From: Albugo candida
Lineage: Eukaryota
NCBI GenBank assembly: GCA_040437565.1
Contig: JBDOQK010000003.1
Span: 372,001 to 436,000 of the forward strand
Reading direction: 5' to 3'
Length of the DNA: 64,000 bases
The translations under genes and the position numbers were made by a program. Every line of letters begins with the position of its first letter. Positions within the stretch are counted from its first letter, which is position 1. This document shows positions 37,701 through 50,000 of the stretch, in pieces. The notes below the pieces were generated by a model. That model made no database searches and was not told where the DNA came from. It was given only the letters and a program-made list of their open reading frames with translations.

Positions 37701-40700
37701 GCTGCACGATAAAGTGGATGGCATTACCGTTGACTTCAGAATCACTTTCCATTTAGACAGAAAATGAAGTGGCGGCGTGCCTCGTAATATGTGTACTACG
37801 GTATGTAAGATCTCTCTGACCTTACACACTTTAAAGGGATTAAGGAATGTTATATTGGAGCAGCGTAACAAGAAAACCCATTTGTGCAACATAGTTTGGG
37901 ATGGTGGAAGCATTTGCTGTAATTAAGTAGTCTTTTTAATGGATTTCGCACATGGGTAAGCCTTGGTTGGTATCGCGAGAGGATCAGGATTTGATATATA
38001 AAGCAGTTCTCCTACTCAAGAATTAAGAACAGAACATATCGAGGGGAGTGAACGCGCTCGATATCGCAAAAAGAACCTTGGCTGCTGAACGATGCAAAAA
38101 TTAAAATCAAGTCAGATGCCGCTTCACGAGACTTTGATGGTGCTACCCTCTAATAGTCTATCTGCCGTGTAATAATCATGACTAAAACTAGTTTCATTGT
38201 CGCATTATCTTTTGAACGAAACAAGTCGAAAGCGGAGAAATGTGCACGTAATGCGGGTAAACGATTCAGCCTGCACAATCCGGAGGTGTCGATGGCTCAC
38301 CGCTGTACAGATCAATTATTATTGGGATCTTCTTGACCAATAGATCATGCCAAATTTGGAGCAAATGTGATATTTTTGGTACCTTATCGAAGATGACAGA
38401 TCTCATGCCGATAAATCAGCGAGACTCAACACTTGAGCAGTTTCGTCACGCTACACAATACAATACATGCCAGCATCTGACTAGGCTCACGGCCATGCGG
38501 TTTTTCAAGAGACTAAGTAATAGTATATCAAGGATCGATATAGTTGAATCTCAACTAAAAGGCTCGTGGAACATTACAATTGAGGCCGTCGGCCAAAATA
38601 ACTTGAAAAAGGCGCAAAATCGTCATTGAAGAAGCTGATCTATGATAAGAAGTATTTCAAATAGCTATATAGATTCTGCACCGAGCCTCATTTATTTCAT
38701 GTGGCCGTTGCCTTGATTAATTTCTTAGAGTACAAATCACGTAATTAATGTGAACTAACTGTCTAGTATCTCTCAAATAACTACCTTCGCGGGGTGGACT
38801 ACCCTGCCCGGCGTAAATTTTAGAAGGTACAATGAAAGCGCTGATCAAGTATAGCATCAGTTCGTCTTCCTACAATCTTCTATGTGATTCTGACTAGTTT
38901 TACGCACGAATGATACTTTCGTCGCCTTTCTTCCAACTGCCATGCGACAAAGTTCGAGTTCCGTTCATTCACAGGAAATTAGCGTGCATTTGAGCAATAG
39001 TGCCAGCAGATTGTAATGCCAACTGCGCAACATTTATCGGAATTACATTATCTACTCTGCCACCCACTACTAGCTTGATTATACGTCCTTGTCACGGTGA
39101 TATGCAAAAGTAACAGNNNNNNNNNNNNNNNNNNNNNNNNNNNNNNNNNNNNNNNNNNNNNNNNNNNNNNNNNNNNNNNNNNNNNNNNNNNNNNNNNNNN
39201 NNNNNNNNNNNNNNNNTTTCTTCCGCGGACACAAGTGCGGATATATCAATCTGACAGCATTCTGTCAGTAAAAGCTGAAGGAATGTAAGATATCTCACAC
39301 TCCAACTATTCTCGTTCGGTCTCACAGAAAGACCGATCAATTTGGACGCTTGCTCCAGTGTTTTGAAAGTGCGCTGACCACCGACTGTGCTCAGAAATGT
39401 CGGATGAACTTCCAAGTATAACTCTTCTTCCGCATAAGGAATAAAATTTTCATCCGGGAAATGCTGACAAGACTTTTGTTCTGTTTGATAAAATTCAGCG
39501 TCTTGGTCAAATTCAAGCTCAGACGACTTTGCTGCAGCAAATTCCACTTTTTCAGAAAAACAGGATGTCAAATGCACTCCCTCTCCCTTCAACAGAAGTG
39601 AATATAACTTTGAGCTATTTCTTTGCTTGTTCTTTACCAGTTCCTGATGCTCGAATGCGCTGGACGTAATCAGCTGCGTCTGATAAGACATTCGGCGATA
39701 TGTTATCTCTTCATCAAAAATTTCTAAATCTTGCAGTCGATCCGATTCCTACTTGAAACGTAGTAATGATTGTCGTGGCCAACAGCGATTACTCAAGTCT
39801 GTCAGATATACCTGCTGCACGATAAAGTGGATGGCATTACCGTTGACTTCAGAATCACTTTCCATTTAGACAGAAAATGAAGTGGCGGCGTGCCTCGTAA
39901 TATGTGTACTACGGTATGTAAGATCTCTCTGACCTTACACACTTTAAAGGGATTAAGGAATGTTATATTGGAGCAGCGTAACAAGAAAACCCATTTGTGC
40001 AACATAGTTTGGGATGGTGGAAGCATTTGCTGTAATTAAGTAGTCTTTTTAATGGATTTCGCACATGGGTAAGCCTTGGTTGGTATCGCGAGAGGATCAG
40101 GATTTGATATATAAAGCAGTTCTCCTACTCAAGAATTAAGAACAGAACATATCGAGGGGAGTGAACGCGCTCGATATCGCAAAAAGAACCTTGGCTGCTG
40201 AACGATGCAAAAATTAAAATCAAGTCAGATGCCGCTTCACGAGACTTTGATGGTGCTACCCTCTAATAGTCTATCTGCCGTGTAATAATCATGACTAAAA
40301 CTAGTTTCATTGTCGCATTATCTTTTGAACGAAACAAGTCGAAAGCGGAGAAATGTGCACGTAATGCGGGTAAACGATTCAGCCTGCACAATCCGGAGGT
40401 GTCGATGGCTCACCGCTGTACAGATCAATTATTATTGGGATCTTCTTGACCAATAGATCATGCCAAATTTGGAGCAAATGTGATATTTTTGGTACCTTAT
40501 CGAAGATGACAGATCTCATGCCGATAAATCAGCGAGACTCAACACTTGAGCAGTTTCGTCACGCTACACAATACAATACATGCCAGCATCTGACTAGGCT
40601 CACGGCCATGCGGTTTTTCAAGAGACTAAGTAATAGTATATCAAGGATCGATATAGTTGAATCTCAACTAAAAGGCTCGTGGAACATTACAATTGAGGCC

Positions 40701-41229
40701 GTCGGCCAAAATAACTTGAAAAAGGCGCAAAATCGTCATTGAAGAAGCTGATCTATGATAAGAAGTATTTCAAATAGCTATATAGATTCTGCACCGAGCC
40801 TCATTTATTTCATGTGGCCGTTGCCTTGATTAATTTCTTAGAGTACAAATCACGTAATTAATGTGAACTAACTGTCTAGTATCTCTCAAATAACTACCTT
40901 CGCGGGGTGGACTACCCTGCCCGGCGTAAATTTTAGAAGGTACAATGAAAGCGCTGATCAAGTATAGCATCAGTTCGTCTTCCTACAATCTTCTATGTGA
41001 TTCTGACTAGTTTTACGCACGAATGATACTTTCGTCGCCTTTCTTCCAACTGCCATGCGACAAAGTTCGAGTTCCGTTCATTCACAGGAAATTAGCGTGC
41101 ATTTGAGCAATAGTGCCAGCAGATTGTAATGCCAACTGCGCAACATTTATCGGAATTACATTATCTACTCTGCCACCCACTACTAGCTTGATTATACGTC
41201 CTTGTCACGGTGATATGCAAAAGTAACAG
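37104..41229. repeat. Apparently identical 2.0-kb direct duplication (37104-39116 = 39217-41229) around a gap; probable assembly artefact
   Basis: Constant offset of 2113, identical ORFs in the track, and the copies meet at the N-gap. Confidence 0.85.
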
Positions 41230-41933
41230 TACAGACCTGCTCTGTCGTGAAGCCTCGAAATAATTTATCATTCACTTTCATGTTTACTGATTTATCAATT
41301 CACAAGTAAGGTGTGTGACAAGATAAGAGTAAGTCATGAGCCAGCGACGGAACGTGTGTCGTCAAAAATCTAAAAAATCGGTATTTAACGATGACTTTCA
41401 CAATCCAACTGAACTAAACCCCTTATCGAGGTAGCCTTACCATCAATAATGTATTTTAGCTCCGCTTTCAGTAACCAAGTTACGGTTGTACGGCTCGAAC
41501 CACTGATTGCTTTGGCCAGATTTTGTCGTACTGGAATATCATGAGATCAGGACAGTTCCGTATGTTTCAAATGAATATTCTGCGTCGCAACTATCTGACA
41601 AGGGATATTGGCAAGGATGAACTCGCATTTCTTTTTTTTGATACAGCCGCAATGTTGCAATAAAATGCTTAACCCGGAACCAGCCAGACTACTGTTACCG
41701 TGATTGCCAAAGCTACAATGCTTATATGGCCTCGATACAAAACATAATGCACATACTGGCAAAGTACACGGCAAAAACGCGGTTGTACACATCGTACCGA
41801 AGAACTCGTTATTGGAACGGTGCCGCTGCTCTTGTCATTGATGCACTCTGATCATTCATCATCATCCAAAAGCACTGATAGAACACTCTATAGCTCGTAG
41901 GAATGTTGGTGCGTATATGTACTTTATGAGTCC

Positions 41934-42724
41934 CTAGTTGGGATCATTTCTTCTCCTCTCGACCACGTTGGCTGCATATTGCATGTGCAATCGTACCAAC
42001 ACTACGGTCGGATTGAAAAGAATATCAACAGATTTTATATCGGACTCGTATATCCTACAAATCGACCGACGTCTCAGACATTGTCTACCAGAAAAGCCAT
42101 TTCTGACGTTGGCATCCTTTTATGGCTTGCATTGAAAGCGGTGACACTGCACTTCGTTTGGACCGATCGAAATCGTCGTCTTTTCGATCAGCGATCAGCA
42201 ACTCCGACAGTTCCAGCACTTTCCCTGATCTACACCACGTTTAGTGCGCACGTTCGGTACTATCGACGACATGTTACGATCAAGACGAACGCATTCGGCT
42301 CTCAAAAGTGCTGGATCAACTCTCAACGCAAAGATCATTTGGTGGATTCCTCAGCAGCCGAAGATCATTGCTGCGGGTACGGCACAGACAAGTCAAAATC
42401 CAAGTGCAACTCGGATCCTAGTCCTAGTTGGCTGGCGCTGTTCAACGTTGTGTGGCGCACAGCGCACCAATTCGCAAAACACGGTACTTTTGGATCATTT
42501 TCACAAATTCACAACTTCACAACTTGCAGCATTTCCAAGCTGGACACAGTCTCGTATTAAGATGGCTGAGGCTACTGCAGCGGAGTATTTTCAACGGAAG
42601 ACATATTATCGTCTCTCACAGGTATTTTTACGAAACGTTTTTATGTGTATATATGTTATTTAAGATAGCCTAGGCAACTAGAGAAGTCAGTTAGTCTAAT
42701 TCTAGTAATATAGATACCTTCAAC
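41934..42724 (+). mobile_element. Second 5'-truncated L1/Tx1-like non-LTR retroelement (diverged relative of 21217-22410)
   Basis: LWLALKAVTLHFVWTDRNRRLF aligns with LWFTLVAVAIHFKWTDRNRRLF. Perfect 16-bp TSD tgtactttatgagtcc at 41918-41933 and 42725-42740. Same 3' terminus ...cttcaac. Confidence 0.88.
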
Positions 42725-42726
42725 TG

Positions 42727-45258
42727 TACTTTATGAGTCCAAGAGCTACCTAATATAGTTCGCAAAAAATGAAACAAGCTAGTTATTCGGTAGAACGAGA
42801 AGAAGCGCTCGCCAACTTTGGTCCTACATTCACTTCATGACGCCGCTGTCGTGGGTCGAACCCCGGGAGGACAATCGTTTATGTGATAAACGCACAATAA
42901 TATCATGGCAACGCGTGTGTAAGCTGTTACACTATCAAATGCTTGCTTATAAAGCTTGCCATCAAAAGATTCTTTTCCAACTTTGCAAAGTATTCCGTGT
43001 CAAAGAAGGTCTCCTAATGCTATGCTTAAGAGTATAAACAAGACCTCTCCACCTGAGGCTGCAGGCTTCTTTTATTAAAACTGTGCGATTTGCATACGTG
43101 GAGCAGTACGGTGCCCTAACATAATATTCAGATGTCATGCTGTACGCAGCGTCGATCTATTTAAGATTGCTACTAGTGAAGGTGATTCGACTCTCGCAAG
43201 GGAATGGTGGTGGTTGCAAACGCTCGGGTCACGGACAACTAAAAAGCACGCTTAAGTAAATTTGTGGCACATATAAGTTTTGACGTTTCCACAAGATCAT
43301 TAGAGGCATATAAGTAATTGACATCGTTGGGATTTATTTTAAAGGGCACTTCCTTGTTAGCCTCCTGGTGCTTCAATGTAAAACCAGTGCTTTGCAGTGC
43401 GTACCCTGCAATTTGAGGACAAAAGTGTGATCGGAAGGGGTCCAGCCTGATGGTAGCACGGAAGCCGAAGGGGGAATGAAACGCACAGTCAGCATACACT
43501 TCTGCGAATGCTCGACGTCATTTTTTATGTGGCTTTTTGGAGCTATTATTCGATACTGACAGTGACACACGCACTTGCTTGACCATTCAACCAGCCAGAT
43601 AAGCCATTTCTCTGACAACACTATTAGCTGCTCGTGAACACGGATGATTGCCTCGAAATGATGAGATGTTGCGTAAAACATGGTTGCAAACTGCGAGATG
43701 TAGTAAGTGTTACGTATGGATTGCACCGAAATGAAAATACGACTGGTATATAATTCACCGGAGTTTCTGTTCTATTCCTTGGTGCTTCTATTTTCTTTTT
43801 GATGACCAATATGTTGTCTGACAACGCTTTTTCCAATTCACCTTCGACCGAACCCATTAAATCTCCGTATATAGAAGACATTGCGCGCTTTGCTTCGGCG
43901 TGATTGGCGACTGAAATTTTTTTAAAGAGCGTCGCTTTTCACNNNNNNNNNNNNNNNNNNNNNNNNNNNNNNNNNNNNNNNNNNNNNNNNNNNNNNNNNN
44001 NNNNNNNNNNNNNNNNNNNNNNNNNNNNNNNNNNNNNNNNNNTACTTTATGAGTCCAAGAGCTACCTAATATAGTTCGCAAAAAATGAAACAAGCTAGTT
44101 ATTCGGTAGAACGAGAAGAAGCGCTCGCCAACTTTGGTCCTACATTCACTTCATGACGCCGCTGTCGTGGGTCGAACCCCGGGAGGACAATCGTTTATGT
44201 GATAAACGCACAATAATATCATGGCAACGCGTGTGTAAGCTGTTACACTATCAAATGCTTGCTTATAAAGCTTGCCATCAAAAGATTCTTTTCCAACTTT
44301 GCAAAGTATTCCGTGTCAAAGAAGGTCTCCTAATGCTATGCTTAAGAGTATAAACAAGACCTCTCCACCTGAGGCTGCAGGCTTCTTTTATTAAAACTGT
44401 GCGATTTGCATACGTGGAGCAGTACGGTGCCCTAACATAATATTCAGATGTCATGCTGTACGCAGCGTCGATCTATTTAAGATTGCTACTAGTGAAGGTG
44501 ATTCGACTCTCGCAAGGGAATGGTGGTGGTTGCAAACGCTCGGGTCACGGACAACTAAAAAGCACGCTTAAGTAAATTTGTGGCACATATAAGTTTTGAC
44601 GTTTCCACAAGATCATTAGAGGCATATAAGTAATTGACATCGTTGGGATTTATTTTAAAGGGCACTTCCTTGTTAGCCTCCTGGTGCTTCAATGTAAAAC
44701 CAGTGCTTTGCAGTGCGTACCCTGCAATTTGAGGACAAAAGTGTGATCGGAAGGGGTCCAGCCTGATGGTAGCACGGAAGCCGAAGGGGGAATGAAACGC
44801 ACAGTCAGCATACACTTCTGCGAATGCTCGACGTCATTTTTTATGTGGCTTTTTGGAGCTATTATTCGATACTGACAGTGACACACGCACTTGCTTGACC
44901 ATTCAACCAGCCAGATAAGCCATTTCTCTGACAACACTATTAGCTGCTCGTGAACACGGATGATTGCCTCGAAATGATGAGATGTTGCGTAAAACATGGT
45001 TGCAAACTGCGAGATGTAGTAAGTGTTACGTATGGATTGCACCGAAATGAAAATACGACTGGTATATAATTCACCGGAGTTTCTGTTCTATTCCTTGGTG
45101 CTTCTATTTTCTTTTTGATGACCAATATGTTGTCTGACAACGCTTTTTCCAATTCACCTTCGACCGAACCCATTAAATCTCCGTATATAGAAGACATTGC
45201 GCGCTTTGCTTCGGCGTGATTGGCGACTGAAATTTTTTTAAAGAGCGTCGCTTTTCAC
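42727..45258. repeat. Apparently identical 1.2-kb direct duplication (42727-43942 = 44043-45258) around a gap; probable assembly artefact
   Basis: Constant offset of 1316 and identical ORFs. The second copy starts within the LINE TSD sequence. Confidence 0.85.
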
Positions 45259-45789
45259 ACCAGGACGTGAGGGCTACGGATCAATTTTAAGGTAATACAG
45301 TGGACGCGGCCATACAAGTTGAGATTCTTAAAAGCAATCTTGTTCTTGATGAGAGGCAAATAATAGAATTTGTCAAATTATCATATCTAATCTCGGATTG
45401 TCTCGATACAGATCGAATGCGACTCGATATTTTCTTCAATCTTCTGGTCTTCTCTCAAAATACCGTATTTGATCTTGACTTTGATTGCGGTATATGACGT
45501 TTTTTCAGCAGCACTCGTGTACGAAGAGATACAAAGCCTCCCGAACTATCGATAAGCTCGAGGTTTCCTATATATACATGGCTAACTATGCATGTGTTTC
45601 ATTCTGAGTGTATACCGCGTTATAGGGATCATCTGATCAATTCGTTCGAATTGACCGAGCACAATTTTCTAAATTTGATAGTATGCAGGCTCAATGCATA
45701 TTTACCTATGAACCGCGCTTTTCCGATTAAAAGACGGCATGTGAATGTTACATACGACAGCAGGGCTATGGATTAGGCAGCAAATTCAT
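44043..45789 (-). pseudogene. Relic of a long secreted-protein gene, possibly CCG/CHxC-effector-like
   Basis: One minus frame reads SIALLSYVTFTCRLLIGKA...HSE*NTCIVSHVYIGNLELIDS...SICIETIRD* with several in-frame stops, followed by fragmented ORFs. It probably continues beyond the LINE to ~41550. Confidence 0.35.
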
Positions 45790-45943
45790 ATCAAATACTA
45801 GGACTTTGACATCGATCATGGCCCTATTGCTGACTGTAAAAGAAATAGTTAAAGGCTAGCAACTGGCGCAAGGTTTAGCGCATAAAAGTGAGTTCTATTT
45901 GGCAGGTTATGTTGTCTGACCGAATCCATCTGATGTATTCTTT

Positions 45944-46649
45944 CTAATCTTCATGTTGAGGACCAGTGGCGGGTGCATGTCTTCCTGTTTGGAGAGCAAT
46001 TCGTGCCTCTACTTTTCTGACAATTGGTTCAATAAAAAAGCCGAGTGAATAACCCCCGCCGATACAGGCGATGCCAAATACGACGGTTTCGCCAATAAAT
46101 GCTGGAATACTCGTAGAAGGGTTACGGAATATAGCAATTGGGATCGTTAGTGCTTTTGCTGTCCAAATAGATACTTGCACACGAGGCCTGGCCACCGGCA
46201 ACTTACCTGAAACTTCGATAATACATCACCAACCCTTACAAAAGCAAGACCGACGGCGTGACGAACTTTTTGACAGAAGCTATCCATCCGCACCTCGTTA
46301 GCAGTTTCCGGGAGGCACGCAGATAGCTTTTCTGCTTCGGTCACATCGTTATGAGCCAGTGAACGGCTATTTCGCATTTTTGGAGCGTTAGAGCTGATAA
46401 CCAGCTCAACCAATTGTATGGCCAAGTCGATGAACATGTCATTGACCTCCACGCATATTCTTTTTTTATTTTGTACATTGTTTTCATATAAACAATGCTC
46501 GTTCCAAAACGAAAAAATACCGAGAGGATCTTCATGACATTTGGCGTTCTGAGAGCCCGAGGCTTTGCCAGAGCCAATCCCACGATACGGGGATGCAGGT
46601 TGCGCGTTTGCGTAACTAAGCTGAGTAGTGTGGCTATTGTTCGAAGCAT
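45944..46649 (-). pseudogene. Frameshifted paralog of the secreted protein at 53311-54054
   Basis: The signal peptide MLRTIATLLSL, the body (KCHED..EHCL..ICVEV..NSRSL..SACLPE..FCQKV) and the tail (IPAFIGE..GGYSLGFFIEP) lie in successive, mutually frameshifted ORF pieces. All align to the 53311 protein. Confidence 0.75.
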
Positions 46650-46665
46650 CTGGGTGCTTGATGGT

Positions 46666-46681
46666 GAATGTGCGAATGAGC
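46666..46681 (-). promoter_or_regulatory. Oomycete INR+FPR core promoter motif
   Basis: The minus strand reads GCTCATTCGCACATTC, an exact fit to the oomycete consensus GCTCATTYBNNNWTTY, just upstream of ATG 46649. Confidence 0.7.
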
Positions 46682-47085
46682 AGCATTTAGTAAAGCTGAT
46701 CAAAAAAGCAGAACTGGACGCATCCAGCGTTTGACATTCTATATCGAACATTCCATTATTTGAAAAAATAGAATGAAACTAAGGCATGTATCGTACGTTG
46801 TTGCATGCTCATGATGATGGGAACTCGTTTATTGCAATAACTTCTAGCACATTAATCGTGTTTGATCACGATGCAACGCTGTCATTTGCAAATGTCCGCT
46901 ACCTATGCTTTTTATGTTTATGACTTGATAAACCGTAAGCAATGAGAACATGGAATGCGTATAGTATTTCTTGCGCTTTTTCTTTTTTGTGAAACGCTTT
47001 CGTGGAAATTGCGCTCACCTACACCAAACCACTACTACATTCAAGGGTTTGAACCCTGGTCAAGCCTTGCTTGTGAGCGAAATTT

Positions 47086-50000
47086 TCAGCCAGTCACCTC
47101 GTTCGAATTATGCTCGATGATTTTGTGGAACCAGACGTGCTCCAACAAGCAGCTGGTTTGCTGGAAGTGACTTGGAGAGTACACCGTGACTCGTGCGTGC
47201 GGCTTTGTAGCGCACAATATGCATTTCTTGGCGCAGCGACGAGGAAAACGTAGTAGATCAGAATGCATGACCATTGGAAAGAGAGCGTCTAGGTTTTTTT
47301 CGATTTCCTTTAAAGGCACCCTGTATTCTATCTTCGTTTCTTCTCAAGCATAGTCGATTTTCAGGTCTCTTGAATAAGTACCTTGATTTCGCGACCATGT
47401 TCTCCTAATAATGCGTAGCGCTCGCTAGCGTCTTATCTGACTGCTTGTCTTGTCGTGGCCTTCGAGATCTTACATGCCTTTGACGTAACTGTCATCATTT
47501 TGTCCACCGTGAAATTCGGAGGTGGCGTAGGCAACAAGGACAATATATACTTTCACACATACGTTTTGCGATTCTCTAGCAAGACTGTAAGCTGTAGCGT
47601 ATGGAGACTCTTGCAAGATGGGTCAGCATCGGATGAGTTTTGCCAGTCTGTTATACGGTTCGAAGGCAGTAGAAAGTGCTCTATTGACGGAGAGTTACAT
47701 AGCCGGTCTTCCGACTTTATGTGCAGAACGTTGATGATTGATTTACAAAAAACTCCGTATCTGGAAAGATTACTATTCAAAAGATTTCTACAAAATCTGG
47801 GCTTGCCAACCGCTTTGAGCATAGAAAACATCGTAGGAGAGGTATAATGAGGAGCGGAGCGAGAGGTGTTAGGTTCGCTTTCGATCGCCAAGGTATAGCA
47901 GCTACAATTAGGTTCGTTCTACGGCTGCTTTGATTGAGCCACAAGCGGTGAGTCGATTCTATCGACTGTTTGCATTGCGTGCCTTTATTCCTGACAGAGA
48001 ATGTTGTCGAATCTTTGCTTTAGTATCACGAACATATCATCGATTCCAATATGCGTATAATTTGGTGGCTTTTTGTATACGTCAACCACAGACACTCAGC
48101 TTTATTGACTTGGAAGGTTTTAGCGCACTCATGAAAGAACGGTGGTCCCATTACTCGAATATCGGTGGTAGAAGTAGTAAGTTTCGATTTTGAGTTTTAG
48201 AAACTATAAATGTCTAATTCTTCTCTAGTGGGTGCTATCGACTGTATCTGGCACCTCCACTTGGTATCTAATGTACTGTACTGTATGAACCCATTGGTTC
48301 CCTTCAAGTACAAACTCGCAAAATGCTGCCTCGTCTTTATTCCCATAATTACATAGAGCATCCTGATAAACCGTGTAATCCTCGACGGGCAGGTTTGCAA
48401 CGCGGCAGTGCGATACTTAATATTTGGATTCGAGATGAACGTCCGCGACCAGGTGCTGCTTTACTGTATCTCGGATAAATCTCTTTAGTTGTGCGTAGCT
48501 ACAAGGTTCAAAATGATCGATTATTATAATTGACTTTAAGATTGCATGGGAGGATCTAGACATATTCGTGCTCGTAGCCTTAGTAAGTTTTCCTGTTCCG
48601 GTGATCATCGACGCAAGAAAATTATGCGCAACTTTTGCATAACAGGAGCTATTCATTTGCCTGTCAGACGAACAAGACTGCCCCGTAGATCCAGTAAAGC
48701 TTTTCTCGTAGGAAATGACCCCCGTCAAACTGTTCCTCACTTGTCAATTTCTGTGTATATTGATCAGATTCTAACATTATTTTGTACCAATCTATCTAAC
48801 CGGCACTTTCTTTTGGCTAAGATGAGAGCACATATTACGTATCTGTACTAAGCGAATCAGCTAATCTCAGTGTGCCTCACTTCAAGTTGACTATTGCTCG
48901 GCTAAGCTGCCGTGCTGCATTTTGTAAAAAGTGTGATGTGCAGCTGAACATTTAGAACGAGTAGAAAGTAGTGAAATCAAGTAGGAATAGCAGTGAGTCC
49001 TGCGTTACTGCTCACAATGTATCTGTTTCTCTTCCTGATGGAACGCTAACCTACCATCCCCAGCTTTGCCCGTAACAAAACCAAATGTCAAAACTCAAAA
49101 TCTGCATCAATCCTGTATCTTTGCGACTGGTGTAAATTCATCTGACAGTCAAACTATTCTTGCAGACGTGTGTAAGCCACCAACCCATCTTAGATTTCAT
49201 CGGTGTGAATAGTAAACTCTACAAATTTGAAGTTGTATGCTATTCCTCTTCCTTCGATGTTGAATATTTGCATAGTGCGGATGTGTACTTGTTGTACATT
49301 GTGAACAGCCGGCGCGTTTCGGCAAAATCATCACACGAATCTTTGGTTCTGATGCCGGCTTTGAAACGCAATATTGCTCGATTGCCTTGATCAGCTGCAG
49401 AACAACTCCGTGATAGAAATGACAAGAGACAACAGCGAATAGACTCCTGCATTGTCATTTCTCAACCGCTCCAAAAGCCTCTAAATCTCAAGTGCTGAAA
49501 TCAGAACATGAGCCACCTCTCTCACTACTTCCATCCTCCTCAAGCCATTTGGAGCACTCATAGATGCCTGAGCTCGCTGAAAGTTTCGCAATACATTTGT
49601 GTATTGGTTCGTGTGAGATATTTTCTCGGTCAAACCGATTTGACTCCACATATAAAGCTGAAGGAGAGTCTATCTCCGTACCAAAGGAGGCTTCGTGTCT
49701 ATCCATAAGATCCACGTTTAGGTGCTTTTGCACGCGATCCAAGGAAATTAGCCTAACGTTCCCGCTTCCACAAAACAAGCAGTACACCACTTGCAAAGGG
49801 GAATTGCCGTGACTTTGATAGTGCTCCAGATCATTCTTCCCGAAGTCATAAACACAATCTCTATCAAAAGATCTCAAATTTGATTGCGCAATGTGCTTTT
49901 GGCTCAGAAGTGATATCGCCCCGCACTCAATGCATAGCGTTCTTGTGGAGTATTGCATTTTCACAAACTTTGCAGATGTAACGATATGACGCAAAACAAG

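Noticed and set aside
39217..41229. Second copy of the hypothetical gene as a true paralog
   Set aside because: No differences seen from 37104-39116 and it abuts a gap, so it is most likely an assembly overlap.
21202..41933. Sequence-specific (Tx1-type) targeting shared by the two LINE insertion sites
   Set aside because: The two TSDs share no clear consensus.
46159..46206. GTAAGT...ACAG 48-nt candidate intron that might repair the secreted paralog
   Set aside because: The length is a multiple of three, so the stop remains, and the segment aligns as coding sequence with the intact paralog.
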